A stretch of 64,000 nucleotides of DNA, from assembly GCA_002633005.1 (NCBI GenBank), contig NMRA01000055.1, positions 186,001-250,000 of the forward strand, given 5' to 3'. Origin of the DNA: Phoronis australis (taxonomy: Eukaryota > Animalia > Phoronida). Positions 41,462 through 53,970 of the stretch are shown in pieces (position 1 is the first letter of the stretch; every line of letters starts with the position of its first letter). The notes beneath the pieces were generated by a model, which did no database searches, had not been told where the DNA came from, and saw nothing but the letters and a program-made list of their open reading frames with translations. Position numbers and translations under genes: made by a program.

Positions 41462-42776
41462 CGAGGGTCGTTCAATAAGTTCTTGGCCTCACCAAGAAAA
41501 CAGGGACGCAGGATAATTTTTTTCACACCATAGTAAAATTTCAGCTTTTACAACAGTAGGCCTACTGCGTTCATGCTGCATTAGTGCGGTCAACTACAGC
41601 TAGGTGGCGCTGCTTCGAAATAGCAGACGACAACACATTTAGCAGCATGGAGATAACAGAGACAAGAGCCGTCAAAAAGTATTTGGGTAAAAAAGGAATG
41701 AAACCAAAAGATATTCATGAAGAGATGCGAAAAACACTCGGAACAGACTCAGTCCTCGAGCTATTCCACAGTAAAAAAATAATCAGCTTGTTTCAAGATG
41801 GGTAAACAAAGCGTTGAAGATGACCCTCGTCCAGGACATCCCAAATTATATATGATTGACCTCCAGTGAAAATGTGCAGACAATTCATGCAGTGGTTATG
41901 AAAGACTGGCGAATGACTCTTCAACATTTGGCAAACACCGTTGGCATCAACAATGGGTCCGTCTCTAAAATTTTGAATGAATTAAGATTTGGGCATGAGT
42001 AAGCTGAGTGCATGATGGGTGCCAAGAATGTTAACTTAGGATCAGAAAATGAGCAGAATGCAAATTTCAACAGAACTTCTAGGAAGATTCCAAGCAGATG
42101 CAGTAAAATTTTCCAGAAGACTTGTAACCTAGGACTGAGACACGGGTCCACCACTTTGACCCGGAATCAAAACAACAAAGTAAACAATGGAAGCACGTGG
42201 GTTCCCCAAGCCCGAGAAAGTTCAAGTTGGGTGCCTCTGTGAGCAAAGTTACGGCCTCTGTGTTCTGAGACAGCGAAGGTATTCTGATGATCAACTACTT
42301 GCAACGAGGAGACACTGTTACTGGGAATTACTATGCGTCACTTTTGAAAAAACTGAAAAAAGCAATCTAGGAAAAGAGACGCGGGAAGTTTCGGGATGGA
42401 GTGCTGTTGCTTCAAGACAACGCACCTGCCCATACTGCTCAAGTTGCAGTGGCTGAAGCAACTAGATGTGACTTTGAAATCCTTCTGCATCCCGCCTATT
42501 CTCCTGACCTGGCCCTCGTCTGATTTTTATTTATTTCCACATTTGAAGGCCTACCTTCATGTACGCCAATATGTAAGCGATAAAGACGTCACAAGTGCAG
42601 TGGAGTATTTTGAGGGGTTGAACAAAAGTTTCTTTTACGAAGGCATTGCAAAACTGGAGCACAAATGGAAGAAATGCATCGATGTAACGGGAGATTATAT
42701 TGAAAAATAAAGGTCAAAATTAGTTGCTATCGCGTTGTTTTCTGGGTGAGGCTGAGAACTTATTGAACAACCCTCG
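41462..42776 (+). mobile_element. Full-length, defective mariner (DD34D) transposon
   Basis: TA TSDs at 41460-61 and 42777-78; imperfect TIRs of about 40 bp, CGAGGGTCGTTCAATAAGTTCT... / ...AGAACTTATTGAACAACCCTCG; length 1315 bp. Confidence 0.95.
41647..42710 (+). pseudogene. Mariner transposase pseudogene
   Basis: MEITETRAVKKYL..GMKPKDIHEEM, WVPRML, ESKQQS, LLQDNAPAH, HPAYSPDLA-PSDFYLFP, KWKKCIDVTGDYIEK*. Several stops and frameshifts. Confidence 0.92.
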
Positions 42777-42879
42777 TAAGTACTTTCTCTTAAGGGATTC
42801 AAAAATTGTTGTTAATCTTCTCACTACCTACCTCATCCATTGTTTGCTGCTTGCAATGATCACACTGGCATGTATTGAC

Positions 42880-43160
42880 TGCTTCCTCACACCAAATTTG
42901 TCAGTCAAAATACTCCAATGATTTGTAGCTTCCTCATGACAGAAATCTAACAGACAGGTGTAATTTTTTGTTTTCACGTTTTGAAACTTCTTCCTGACAA
43001 AATTGTCAGAGATAGTCCAATTAAGTTTTGCAACTTCCTCACGACAGAATTCTATGAGACAGTACAGTAATGTTTTGTTATTAAATGTACCTAGTTTCTT
43101 CCTGACAGAATTCTAAGAGAAAGTGGTGTAATACTTTGCTTTAGACGTTTTGCAGCTTCC
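42880..43160. repeat. Degenerate tandem repeat, unit about 45-60 bp (CTTCCT..TGACAGAATTCTA..AGA)
   Basis: The motif recurs about 5 times. Confidence 0.6.
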
Positions 43161-43940
43161 GCCTTAGTTCTCAAAATCAGGGACTCCTGTAAGTGCTCAA
43201 ACACAATGGCCGAACAAATCGCCAAATTTTGAACAAAACAAACAAACAGGTACGAAAAGTAAACACTAGATGTCACTTGAATCATTTGACATTCAAAGTG
43301 AGTCTCTGAGAAAGTCTGACCATCATGTTTGATCACCGGCTTACTGGTTATAGCACTGGCGACCGTGTTTTGGGTCCCGCCAACTATTTTTTGGATGAAG
43401 CCATCACGTTTTGAAGTCTGGACAACACGTTTGATCATTGGACATTTGGTTTGCAGTCCATCCACCTGGTTTTGAAGTTGGACTAATTGTTGATTCCCCC
43501 TTGTAGTCTCACTTGCACAAACTCACAAACCTTTAAATAATCATAGATTTATTTCATGTAGCAGGCCTCAGGCCCAAATTACAAGCATACCATTCATAGA
43601 GAGCACAGAACAACTAAACCTTCAAAAAATCATTTTGAAGTTGCTCTCAACAATAATAAAACATTCAGCAATGTTTCTCAAGGTATTTCAATCAAGGACC
43701 TTCAGAAAATTACTACTACTCGCCAATGAAAATTTGTGAAATTCTACATCATGCCTTATTCTTATAGAGCGACTGCAAACTCTCCTTCCATTGAAGAAAT
43801 TAAACTTTTGACTTAGACCATGCATTTCCATAAAATCAGTTTCAACTTGTTGCTTACTCAGATGATGATTTTTGGCCTAGCAAAGAACTGTCAGTTGGTT
43901 ACTGCTCAAGAAGATGATCCACTAATCACTGAAATGACAT

Positions 43941-44722
43941 ATGGAACACCCCTAGCGTAACCTTTTGACAGGTCTTTTCTGACGCGTTACGAGTCATCAA
44001 AGCCTCGTCAGATATGTAATTCCCAAATGTGTCAAGTCACTGCTTCATTACCGTTCGTCCAATAAGACGTTGTCGTTTGGTCAGCGATGAAGTATGCTTA
44101 GATGTGAGTCAGTTTACGCCCCAACTGACCCGACATCTGACTAGCCTAAGAGGTCATCAGCCATCCCACTTTGCATTTGATGAATAAGAGACAATGAGTT
44201 TACATGCATAATCGTATTAATTAAATGAATCATAATCCACTTCTATGTAGTGTAGCACCCTTCTGCGTTAGAATAGCATGTCGAAGTCAAAAATGTTATA
44301 AATGAAAAACTGTTTAATCCAACTAAATGAGGGCAATGCTGTGAGTGACGAGGACTGGATGGCTGTTAGATGTGACCTTGGAATGATTTTCACAATGCTG
44401 TGCCAACAGTTGTTGAGTCCTTGATCAGTGAAGATGTACCAGTAGGTAATATAGTCTTGCTCAATGGAGACAGGCTATTGTGTAGGTTGTGTTTTTATGC
44501 AAGGCAGTGGTGGCCATCTTTAATATTTTGTCTTTGTGTCAATCAAATGTTCAGTGAAGACAGAGTATGCTACAAGTTGTTTTTTTGTGAGAAAGTGGTG
44601 GTTATTTTATTTGTTTTAAAGAACTAAAAAGTAAAACGCATCAGGGACGCGTGAGTGTGTTAGAAATGACTTGTCACGTGTCAGAAAAGACCCGTCACAA
44701 GGTGACGTTAGTAGCGTTCCAT
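43941..44722. mobile_element. Non-autonomous DNA transposon with long TIRs and an 8-bp TSD (hAT/P-like)
   Basis: Imperfect TIRs of about 57 bp, ATGGAACACCCCTAGCGTAACC... / ...GGTGACGTTAGTAGCGTTCCAT; flanks AATGACAT / ACTGACAT (7/8). Confidence 0.75.
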
Positions 44723-45305
44723 ACTGACATGCCATGACTAGTCAGCTTGTACAGTCTGGTTTCAATCAATCACAAAGTGTCTATTGTGACTAAAGTACAA
44801 TTTGAATACCATTTCATTTCATATTGGTAATGGTTCTAAATCAAAAGTTGGAGTTTCAGTAAATAGCTGCTTTTTGTCTGTCATCTTTCTCCAATATCTT
44901 TGTCTAAACCTCCAATTTCTGTACACTGACTTCCACCAACTTCTTTGATTTTTATTGAAAGAAATGTTTAGATGGTCAACTGTCACATTTACATCTAACT
45001 CCTTGATTTTCATGAATACCTCACGAATCACATGGCATGTAAACCAGTTTCTTAAGAATAATCACAGCTTGTGACATAACAGATGTAGATTTGATTGGAT
45101 TTTTTATAAGCACCTTTAGGGCTCTCCAACCAAATAATATGTCGTATCTGTGCTTGTTATTCATTAACAACTGACCAGCAGCAAACATATCACGAAATGT
45201 TTCTTCTAACAGCCAGTAACTAGACCCAATACTGACTATGAAATAGTGGCTCCCGATTAATCCAGCAGTGGTTCTTGATAACAACTTGTACTAAAACAAT
45301 CTTGC

Positions 45306-45370
45306 TCAAGGCGACTTCTTTTGGAAGGGACCAACAACAAACAAACGTGCAAAGCCCATTGATATCAAAC
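45306..45370 (-). CDS. DMAC1: DMAC1-like gene, terminal coding exon (GLISMGFARLFVVGPFQKKSP*)
   Basis: Acceptor TTTTCATTACAG|. It joins the phase-1 donor at 49449 in frame (175+65=240 nt, 79 aa plus stop) and completes the second hydrophobic helix. Confidence 0.75.
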
Positions 45371-46547
45371 CTGTAATGAAAATGTAACGCGTTGTTTTAG
45401 AAATTGAATTGACTACATTTTCTTACTATTCAAATTTCTTAACAAATGTCCTACAAATTCTTAAAGAAACAGAAATGTACTGTGTGCATAAAAACAGTGC
45501 CAAACTCATACAGTCAGTTTTTTTTAAATAAGCAAACTTTAATTCAAAAACAAATTCTGAAAAAATGCCAACTGAAACACAATAGATTGACAAGTTTTCA
45601 ACTAGTAAAAGAAATCCTTCAATTTCAAAAGACAAGAAAGTCGAAATTATGATTTCACTTTTTAACCTTTCTACATTGATTGCTCTCAATAGCTGAATTT
45701 CAAATAACAGTTTTGTGCTAACCTAAACTGCACTGAAGAGCATATCATTGTACCATAAACATTCGGGAAAACACTCACATGAACAATCACACCCTACCTG
45801 TGAACGATTTTTGATAAAGCCCCACTCCCTGATCTTAAACCTGATCACAAAACCCACCCAATAAAATAGGGTTACATGCAAAAAATCAAATTGCTGAGGA
45901 TTTAATGAGTGAAGGCTAATCAAGAATGACACAACTTCGATTACTCCTAACTGTACTTAAATTACATGAAGTTGAAAGAGCATCGCGAACACTTTTTAAA
46001 CAAGTAAAAACCTGATTTGAGTTTAAATTCAATTTATACAGATTAACAAAAATGAAACCTAAAGAACATCTTTCATTTGCCTGTGACCAGTATGGCAATT
46101 AAATTCATTTTGTGGCCTGAGTTCCAAAACAACAAGATTACAATCTCAATGACATGAGGTGCCAGGCAGACAGACACAACACAAGACAAAGGAGAATGGA
46201 CTACACATTTGACATTTGTAATGTTTACAGCAACAATTCCAATCTTTTATCACTTTTTGGCCAATTATATCCCCATGTGCCCAACTTAACCAATTTTAGA
46301 TGTTTGATAAAACTAGTGCAGCACATACAATAGGTATGACCCAGGCTATATAATGGAACTACACATATTAGCCTTAACGTTTATCAAACCATACTGTTCC
46401 TTTGGAGTTCCTTTTGCCAACTTTAAAAAAATATCACCAAAACAAATTTTGTAATGAACAACACACCTGGATAAATGAAGGAAACGTGTCAATACTTGTT
46501 CAATAGAACAACAAGACCAACATGAAGTGTTGATATGCCCTCACCAT

Positions 46548-46647
46548 ATGCATCGCATACAGTGCAGATACAATGCATCGCACACAGTGTAGATACAATG
46601 CATCACATACAGCGCAGATACAATGCATCACATACAGTGCAGATACA
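46548..46647. repeat. 25-bp minisatellite ATGCATCACATACAGTGCAGATACA x4
   Basis: Directly visible. Confidence 0.9.
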
Positions 46648-46869
46648 AGAGATAACTATTATTCTAAACATTCCCATGATGTTAATCAACTTAAAATAGA
46701 CTTTAGGGACACAAAGCAAGTCAGCAATACTCTCTTCAATAAGAAAACACCTGCCACCTTTCATCACAATCCTTCACTAAGTTTGGAAGACAGGGAGGCA
46801 GGCAACAATGAACAAACAAAAAATGACAAGGGAACTAGAGGTCGCAATGTAAGACAAATCTCTCTGAAA

Positions 46870-47705
46870 AATGGAAGTTAGTTGCCAAATTTCATGAAAA
46901 TCCATCAAGCCCCATCAAGGTAAATACTAAGAAAAACAAAATTACTGCTTGGGATCTTCAAAGTAGACAAATGTGTCCCAAAATTAATGTAAGATGTACT
47001 GCATTCAATAGAGGTGCATACAAATCTCAAGAAGATCCATCAAGGAATTAGGTAGATATTGAGGCATAGGCTAAAACAAAGTTGCCACTAGAGGGCAACA
47101 CAGCAGTCGGAAAAAACTCATCATCAGCCATGCATTTCCAGTAGGAACAGACGTGCCAATATTTATCATGATAACTGGTTTGACCCAGACAGGTGGACGC
47201 CAAAATAAAAAACAGGTTACAAAACGATTAAAATGACCACTAGGTGGAGTACTATACGTCAAATCTATCTGAAAATGAAAAGATGTTATTTCCTTTTTAA
47301 TATAAACATATTTGTCAAATTTTATGAGAATCCTTCAAGAAACTCTGAAGATCGTCGGCTGTCTTCTTTGCAGTAAGAAGACATAATGATCCTTGAAATG
47401 GTTTGCCCGATACGGAGGAAAACATAAAAAATGAAATTCCCACAAGGGGCACCGTCAGAAAATCCTCGTCATCCGTTGCCAAACTCATGGAATCACACTT
47501 GCCAATCTTAACAAACATCCCGTAAAGATGTTTAGGAGATACAGCCTTGGATACAAAAAAAAACGTCAATAGGGGACATCACATGAGGAGCTATCCGAAA
47601 ATCGCAAGCCTTGTTCTTCCCAATCGGACGTGGATGCCAAAAATGGTAAAAATGGCCACTAGGTAGCGCAAAATACATCCAAAAACAAGAAGGCGTCGCC
47701 CTAAT
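46870..47705 (-). mobile_element. Degenerate HINE-like copy in the DMAC1 intron
   Basis: GCCAAATTTCATGAAAATCC, CCACTAGGTGG and TTAGGAGATACAGC blocks as in 563-1373. Confidence 0.6.
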
Positions 47706-49448
47706 ATTTGCCTTGCAATGCCTACTACAAAAGATCACCATCCTTTCTGTCTTCTTCATTTGAAACAATTTGAAAACCTAAATCCATCACTTGTTTAATA
47801 TCGGGTTCAGAAATTTGCAATCAAAAGTTGTCTTACATGTTACAACTAGGTGGTTGTGTAATGTTTTTAATTTTTTTACCACTATTTTGTTATATTTTGC
47901 TATTTTCTCTTATTTAATGTAACTGACATTGTTTAAATGCTTGCTGACTATAAGCCACATGATCATTTTCTCACAATATTTTCATTGAATCGACAGATGT
48001 CATTAGAAGAACTCTTATCTAAATGCTACCAGTTTGCTGTATATGGATGTGAAATTGCATAATGCGGAACTACGACATGCCCAGGAATTTCGACCAGTAG
48101 ATGTGCTGGATACTTGGGACAACCTATCACAATGAAATTTCATAATGGATTAAGCACTCACGTTTGAGTAAGTGCCCACCCAATTTTTGGAAATTTCAGA
48201 GTTAAAAATCCATGTGTGGTTAAAGTCCTACACCGGAATTTTCAGGGTCACCAATTTAGGCACCCACGGTGTTAACCCATATACTTATCACAGTTTTTAT
48301 ATCTGAGCTATCAAAGTATTCCTGCTTGTTATGATGACATAAATGTTGGATAAACATCATAATTTATCACTTTGAAAGGTCAAAATGTGATGGGCAGTCT
48401 TTTCAACAATCATCAACTAAAAGTATCTTGCCAAAAACTAAAATCATCAAGTGGTAGTTCAATCCGTCTGATAATCAACTGGTGCCAGAACATCTCAGCC
48501 ATAATACACTTCATCAAAATCTGTAAAACAGCTTTAACAATAATCAACACCCAGGCAGGCATTGCTACATGTCCAATAAATGTTACAACAAACAAGTATA
48601 ATTAATTGTTTCAAGTACTACATATTTACTAAATACTGAAAACAGGCTAGCAAAGTTTGTGATCAATAGCAAGTCGATCATTGTATTTCTAAATAAAGTG
48701 AATGAGGGCCTTTTGCCATGCCATTTATTGTTGCATGCAGTCACAAAGGGACAGGTTTTTACCCAGACTCATCTTGAGACCTGCAATCACTGACTAAAAA
48801 ACACTGACCACATTAATTTCAACCAAGATCTCGGGCTTTTTTTCGAAAGCTGTACTTAGGCACATCAGCAAGGGTAAGCAAAGTTTGAAATGCTGTGAAA
48901 CTGTTAAGAGATTACTAAAAAATCACACATCCTGTTTTTATGTTTCTGGCGGATTTTCTTTTTTAAAAAAGTAAGCACAACCGATTCGATTTCAAAAAAA
49001 ATTAACTATAACCAACAATGCTTTTTTGGTTAAATTAGGATGATCAGCTGCCAAACATCCAATAAGGCCATCCCCAGATTACAGTGACACCCACAATGCC
49101 ATAAACATCCGTCAGGCACATATGCTGCCTTGTTTTCATGCCATTGGAGTTTCACACATCATTTGTTGTTGTCTGATTCTTTACAAGTTTTTCTCGGTTG
49201 AATTACTCTATTTGAGAAAGTTTGATAAATTGGACAAATACCCGTGGATGCGTGATGTGAAATTCTTCGCCTTCCCGACATCAATGAGACACAAAAATGA
49301 GCCTGATTACCAAAACGAGGTCACGTACTTTCTTATCTCTGAGACACTAGGAGAGTTTTGTCGTCCTGTAATATGGAACGGCCCTAATAAATGACATTTT
49401 TCACAAGATGACTCATAACTGGTTATAAATCCTAGTTTCTCAACTTAC

Positions 49449-49623
49449 CAACTCCAAACAATGTGTAAGGTGCCATTAAAGCAGCTTTTCGTAAGCTTGG
49501 GACAACACCAACATTATACCACCCTGTCTTCATAACATAGCTTCCGGCCATTATAGGCACAGCACCCCCAATGAGACGACAGCTGAAACAGTCTTCATCA
49601 TCACTTTGACCTGGTTTTGCCAT
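49449..49623 (-). CDS. DMAC1: DMAC1/DUF4536-like mitochondrial complex I assembly factor, first coding exon (copy 1)
   Basis: MAKPGQSDDEDCFSCRLIGG... carries the DCxSCRxxGG signature followed by a hydrophobic helix. Acceptor TTTTGACAG| 6 nt before the ATG; donor G|GTAAGT at 49449/49448. Confidence 0.8.
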
Positions 49624-50532
49624 AATGACCTGTCAAAATAAGAGGAACAAAATGTGTTAATTAATGCTGATGCATAACAACATCCCAAATGATAGTCCGC
49701 AAGGAGTGCTTATTAGTATCAAAATGGACACTAGGTGGTGCAGAATCTGTCGAACCTGTCCAAAATAGGAAGGCCTCGTCTCCTTAATATAAACCTATTT
49801 CCCAAACTTCATGAAAATCCATACAGGAACAAGAGCAACACAGAGCGTTTAAATGTACCACCACTGCACTGCAAACGGTGTGCTTCTAGGGATGTTTATT
49901 TGTCGTTCCCACACCTTATGTTGGGTATGGGATAAGGCATGGAAACAACGAGTGTGCAGTGTCCTATGTTGCTGAAACAAAGCAAGGTCTTAAAGTGGTA
50001 TGGACCACGAAAACTTGTAAAAAATATGTTTTAAACAATTCATGGTTTTTAAAAGTGCGAAGAAAAAACACTGTGGCAACCACAGCAGATCCCTAATCTG
50101 CCTCCCACTCATGATAAATGCCCGCATACGCTAACAGTCATTTGACAAACAGCCGACTCCGTGACAAGATATAGGATAGTACTGGTACAGTGCTGTGGAA
50201 TGAATACCTTGCCACCCAATGTGCTTTATACCTCGTGCCGTGATGGAGCTAATGATCGTGTTTTGTTAATACTACATACTCTACTCTGTAACATCTGACT
50301 TGGATCTTGAGCGGCTATGTCTTGAGCGTATTGTGCTCAAGGCACTTCTTCATGTTTCTTGCAATTATTATTCCTAAACATAACTGTGCTATATATGTGC
50401 TTTGTGCCTGCAACTGTGACCTGTCATGATTGGACCACTACTGGAAATGCCTGATCTGAACTAATTACCCATAGACACCATATGTCTCAGGAAGGTGCTG
50501 CCACAGGGATTTACAAGAAACGACTAGACAAG

Positions 50533-50753
50533 ATGGCTGACAGTGAGAAACTTTGCAAGATAAGAGGACCTTTACCTAAACTACAACTCAGACAGAAAGA
50601 AGAGAAGGAAAGACGTGCAACTGAAAGTACGGTAAATAAAATCTGACGCATTGATTTGGGCACAGAGTACGATTGCTGGGAATCTCTCTGAAGTGAACTA
50701 TCGGTCACTAATTCCGAGCAGGCCAAACATCTGCCTGATGCGTAACACTACTA
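50533..50753 (+). pseudogene. Decayed N-terminal exon of a Kolobok-type transposon protein (second copy 58875-59095)
   Basis: MADSEK..KEEKERR..NKI*RIDLGTEYDCWESL*SEL..SEQAKHL.DA.HY followed by a GTAAGT donor. It resembles the R(I/V)x(I/L)G..(F/Y)..W..L..EL....E.A..LLD.Y motif of such elements. TTAA-AGTGG.. putative left end at 49990. Confidence 0.45.
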
Positions 50754-51194
50754 GTAAGTAATTTGTTCTTTCCTGCTTACATACCTCGGTAGTTTTTGGG
50801 ACATGGCAGCCCCGGTATTAAAATCACCTCGAACCGATAAAGTAAAGTCTGAGAACTCACTGGGAATATTATTTACGAGTAAGAAAGTTAAATTCAGACA
50901 AAAATTCATCGGGTTTTTCATTGTCTGTTCACATTACTAGCTATATGGAACCTCATTTGGCTATTGACCTAATTCATGAGTTTCATTGTCTGTATTCACA
51001 TTAGGTATAGATCTTCCTCATTTGGCTGGTGACCTAACCTTCGCCCTAGAACAAAAACGTTGATTTGTTTTGGAAAATGCGACAACATAACTACAGGAAG
51101 ATGAATAAACTTTGCTATGGAATGATTTTAAATAATATGAAAGCTTGTTTCTAATTATTTTGTTTGCAAAAATTATCAAAATTACATCTACTTA

Positions 51195-51370
51195 CCGTAA
51201 TCGTTCGGGTTAACGCCCTGGGCGGTTAAATTGGCGAATCCAAAAAATCGGGGGAGGGCGGTTAACCGAGCAGTGGGCGGTTAAATCGGAAATCCACCTA
51301 AAGTAGGGGATGGGCGGTTAACCGAACCTGGGCGCTTATTACGACAGACAACCGCCCTGGGCGGTTACTC
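51195..51370. mobile_element. DNA transposon left end with repeated GGGCGGTTA(A) subterminal motifs (copy-1 specific)
   Basis: TA-CCGTAATCGTTCGGGTTAACGCCC start and 5-6 motif copies; no matching right end seen. Confidence 0.45.
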
Positions 51371-52818
51371 TTACCTGGCGATCTAAATCCCGACACGACA
51401 ATCATACTCGGAACGCGTAGCCCTTTTCAAAGAGCTTTATCGTCACGTCGCCAAATGACTGTGAAAACAGCAGATGATCCCAACAAAGGTTCTCTTGCCC
51501 TCAGATTAGTCATTCACTATTAAATTTACAAAATTGCTGAGTAATAGCCCTGTGCCGTCCAATGGTGCGTAGACGACCAGTCACCACGCAGCCTCCACTA
51601 GAATTAAAACTGTTTCAAGCTGTGACCCTGCTTAAGTGCGCGCGTGCAAGCTTCACGTGTTGCAGAGGTCAGAAATCAAATTTATGGTTACAGTCTCGTA
51701 CTATATGTAGCTGTCAAGTTCTGAGTCAGAGAGCAGTTTTAAAATTGGTTGTAATAAAAGTTTGAAAAACTTAAGTTTGCTGTTTTTTTGTGTTTGGGAT
51801 GTTATAGTCGACACTCCGTGACTTAATGACATTTTCAGCGTATGGTTCTACGGCTAGCTGTCTCATATCGACAGCCCGGCATTGCTCTCTTGCCGTTGCG
51901 CCAAACATGCTATGCAAAGAAGTAAGGATTGGGGGTGGTCGAACCAGTCGTCGATCAAGAATAAAATTTCAAGCAACTGCATAAATATGTTACAAAATGT
52001 CAGAACACAGCAATGTTTCAATTCATTATTCTAAACGATCACCTTACCAAACTTCGTGGTGGAAAAACATTTATTTTTCATGCAAGATGTCCAGATTATC
52101 CTATTTATATCACTTGTAATATCGCACTGTGGCACTGTTCGGTCCCGCTGTTATCGCGCAATGTCAATGACAATCGTGACTTGGAAATGCCGTCAAGTAA
52201 TATAACGACCTCTTTCAATATGCATCTCGTTTTTTATGGCCTAAGATAGTGGCGGTATTCAGCACGCACGTAGGGCCTATGTGTGAGTCACCTGTCAATC
52301 ACATGTTGGTGTCAAGGTAACATGCACTCCAAAGTGTGGGAACTTGCGCACGTGCACCACTACAAATCAGTCACACATAGCGACAGTCCGAAGTAACAAA
52401 AACGGGCGTGACTATGTGCTTTTAAGCTGTTGTTACGAAAGACCCAGTTCTGTACGATATTCCTCCGTTGCCAATGTTCCCCAAAACTGCGATGTCAAGT
52501 CTATTCCCATATTTCCCGGCTCGATGCTCCCTAAGCCCATCCCTGTAACTAGCTGTGTGAATCTCCTACCCACTATCGTCAAGCAGTCTACGTCGTAGAT
52601 ATTTCAGACTCGAATGGTAAGAATTTTTGTTCAGGCTGAAAATGGCCAATGTATAAACAAAATTATTCTGGATGGCTAAAAAGGGGATGTGGAAACGATA
52701 ATTCACACAGTCGCGCTTACGTGGGGCTGACGCAAGAAATAGTAAAGAACAGCTAGCGACATTAATTAAATCTGCTAACCAGTTTGACTGAGATGCAATA
52801 AGTGACTAGCAAGGCGTG

Positions 52819-52971
52819 CGTTCAGTAGACGCTAGGACCTACGCTAGGACCTACGCTAGGACCTAGCCAAAAGCTAGTCAAGGTCACGTGCTCTTATTTA
52901 AAATACACGGCAATATCTCGCGTAATCTCGCAAATTCTTGCTTTTAAGCTAAGGTCCTAGCGTTACTGAAC
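52819..52971. mobile_element. Short MITE
   Basis: CGTTCAGTAGACGCTAGGACCT / AGGTCCTAGCGTTACTGAACG inverted ends; ACGCTAGGACCT occurs three times in tandem. Confidence 0.65.
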
Positions 52972-52982
52972 GGGAGGCAGAG

Positions 52983-53200
52983 TGAGACAGGAAGTCCAGA
53001 AATTGATTTATTTTGATGAGACATGAGTAAACTGAACAGGGCCTGTAATTACGAACTTACAGACTGATGGGGCTACATGATATAGAAACCTTGACAAGTT
53101 GTTGTGAGCAGCGCTGTATTCTTGAATGACTTCCAAAATCGTCCAAAACCGCCAGGCAGAAGAACAGAGACCGTGGTGAGCAAAACAAGGAAGCGTGAGT
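52983..53200. promoter_or_regulatory. Candidate bidirectional promoter / non-coding first exons of DMAC1 and ZRANB3 (duplicate at about 60662-60900)
   Basis: Well conserved between the copies. A - strand donor-like GTAAGT at 53060 and a + strand donor-like GTGAGT near 53195 face outwards; ETS-like CAGGAAGT. Inferred only. Confidence 0.35.
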
Positions 53201-53437
53201 GAGCAAGGGTAATAACTATATTACGAGTTCGCGTTGAGGATGGTCTAAAAATAAAATAAAATATTTAATCTTGAGATTTCTAGTTTGGAATGTGAATATT
53301 GTACTTAGCGACAAGCATGTATCGTCACTTTTCATAATTTTAAAATGAAAGGCACGACCATAGACATTTTAAAAATAGATGTCAGTGAGCACGACAAACA
53401 ACACGAAAATATTATTATTATTGGAACACACGTGGTA

Positions 53438-53556
53438 ATGGCTCAAAATGCATCGCGGGAAAACAGTCTCTTGTCGTTTTTGCCAAGTAACTTGAGATCT
53501 AAACTGCTACCATTCCAGAAGGAGGGTGTGTTATATGGTATAAAAAAGGGTGGAAG
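53438..53556 (+). CDS. ZRANB3: ZRANB3-like SNF2 annealing helicase, first coding exon (copy 1; no following exon seen before the gap at 56728)
   Basis: MAQNASRENSLLSFLPSNLRSKLLPFQKEGVLYGIKKGG(R), donor AG|GTATGC. Confidence 0.65.
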
Positions 53557-53970
53557 GTATGCAAAATTAATTTTCAATGTTGACCTAGATACCTTTTCGA
53601 AACCAGTCCAAATAGCTAGCCTAAGGGCGATATAGTCTGCCAGCAATCACAGGCGTCCTCAGCTCCTGATCGCGCCCCCAATAGTCAATACACTACATAC
53701 CATAGGCCTACTACAAGGCACAGGCGTCCTCAGCTTCTGATCGTCCCCAATACACTACCTATAATACTACAAGGTATGACACTCCCGACTAGAAATTCCA
53801 CGGGTGCTTCACTTCAGCCGTCCATAGCAAACATAAAACTCAATAAGTTTACACAAAACTGAGGACGCCTGTGCCAGCAATAAGGGCGTTCTAGCCTGCC
53901 AGCAATAGGCAGTACATTGCCCTTAATGCCACAGGCATACAGGGGCAATAGTGAACAGTGGCTGGCTCTG

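Noticed and set aside
43091-43465. 124-aa ORF on the - strand
   Set aside because: No recognisable domain or convincing splice sites, and it runs into a tandem repeat.
44790-46110. Possible L1/Tx1 LINE remnant on the - strand
   Set aside because: Only vague W/K-rich similarity; too decayed to support, and it overlaps the DMAC1 terminal exon region.
48727-48780. Nearer candidate terminal exon for DMAC1 (GLKMSLGKNLSLCDCMQQ*)
   Set aside because: Does not complete the second hydrophobic helix; 45306-45370 fits the family much better.
49122-49394. 90-aa ORF conserved in two copies (also 57431-57703)
   Set aside because: Conservation is due to the duplication; it overlaps a dispersed repeat within the DMAC1 intron and the differences are mostly replacements.
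51365-51385. CTTACCTGGC resembling the U1 snRNA 5' end
   Set aside because: No further U1 similarity or Sm site; lies within transposon subterminal repeats.
53345-53437. Upstream in-frame ATG extension of ZRANB3 (MKGTTID...; also 61040)
   Set aside because: AT-rich and carries replacement differences between the copies, unlike the exon after MAQN; probably intron or UTR. Not fully excluded.
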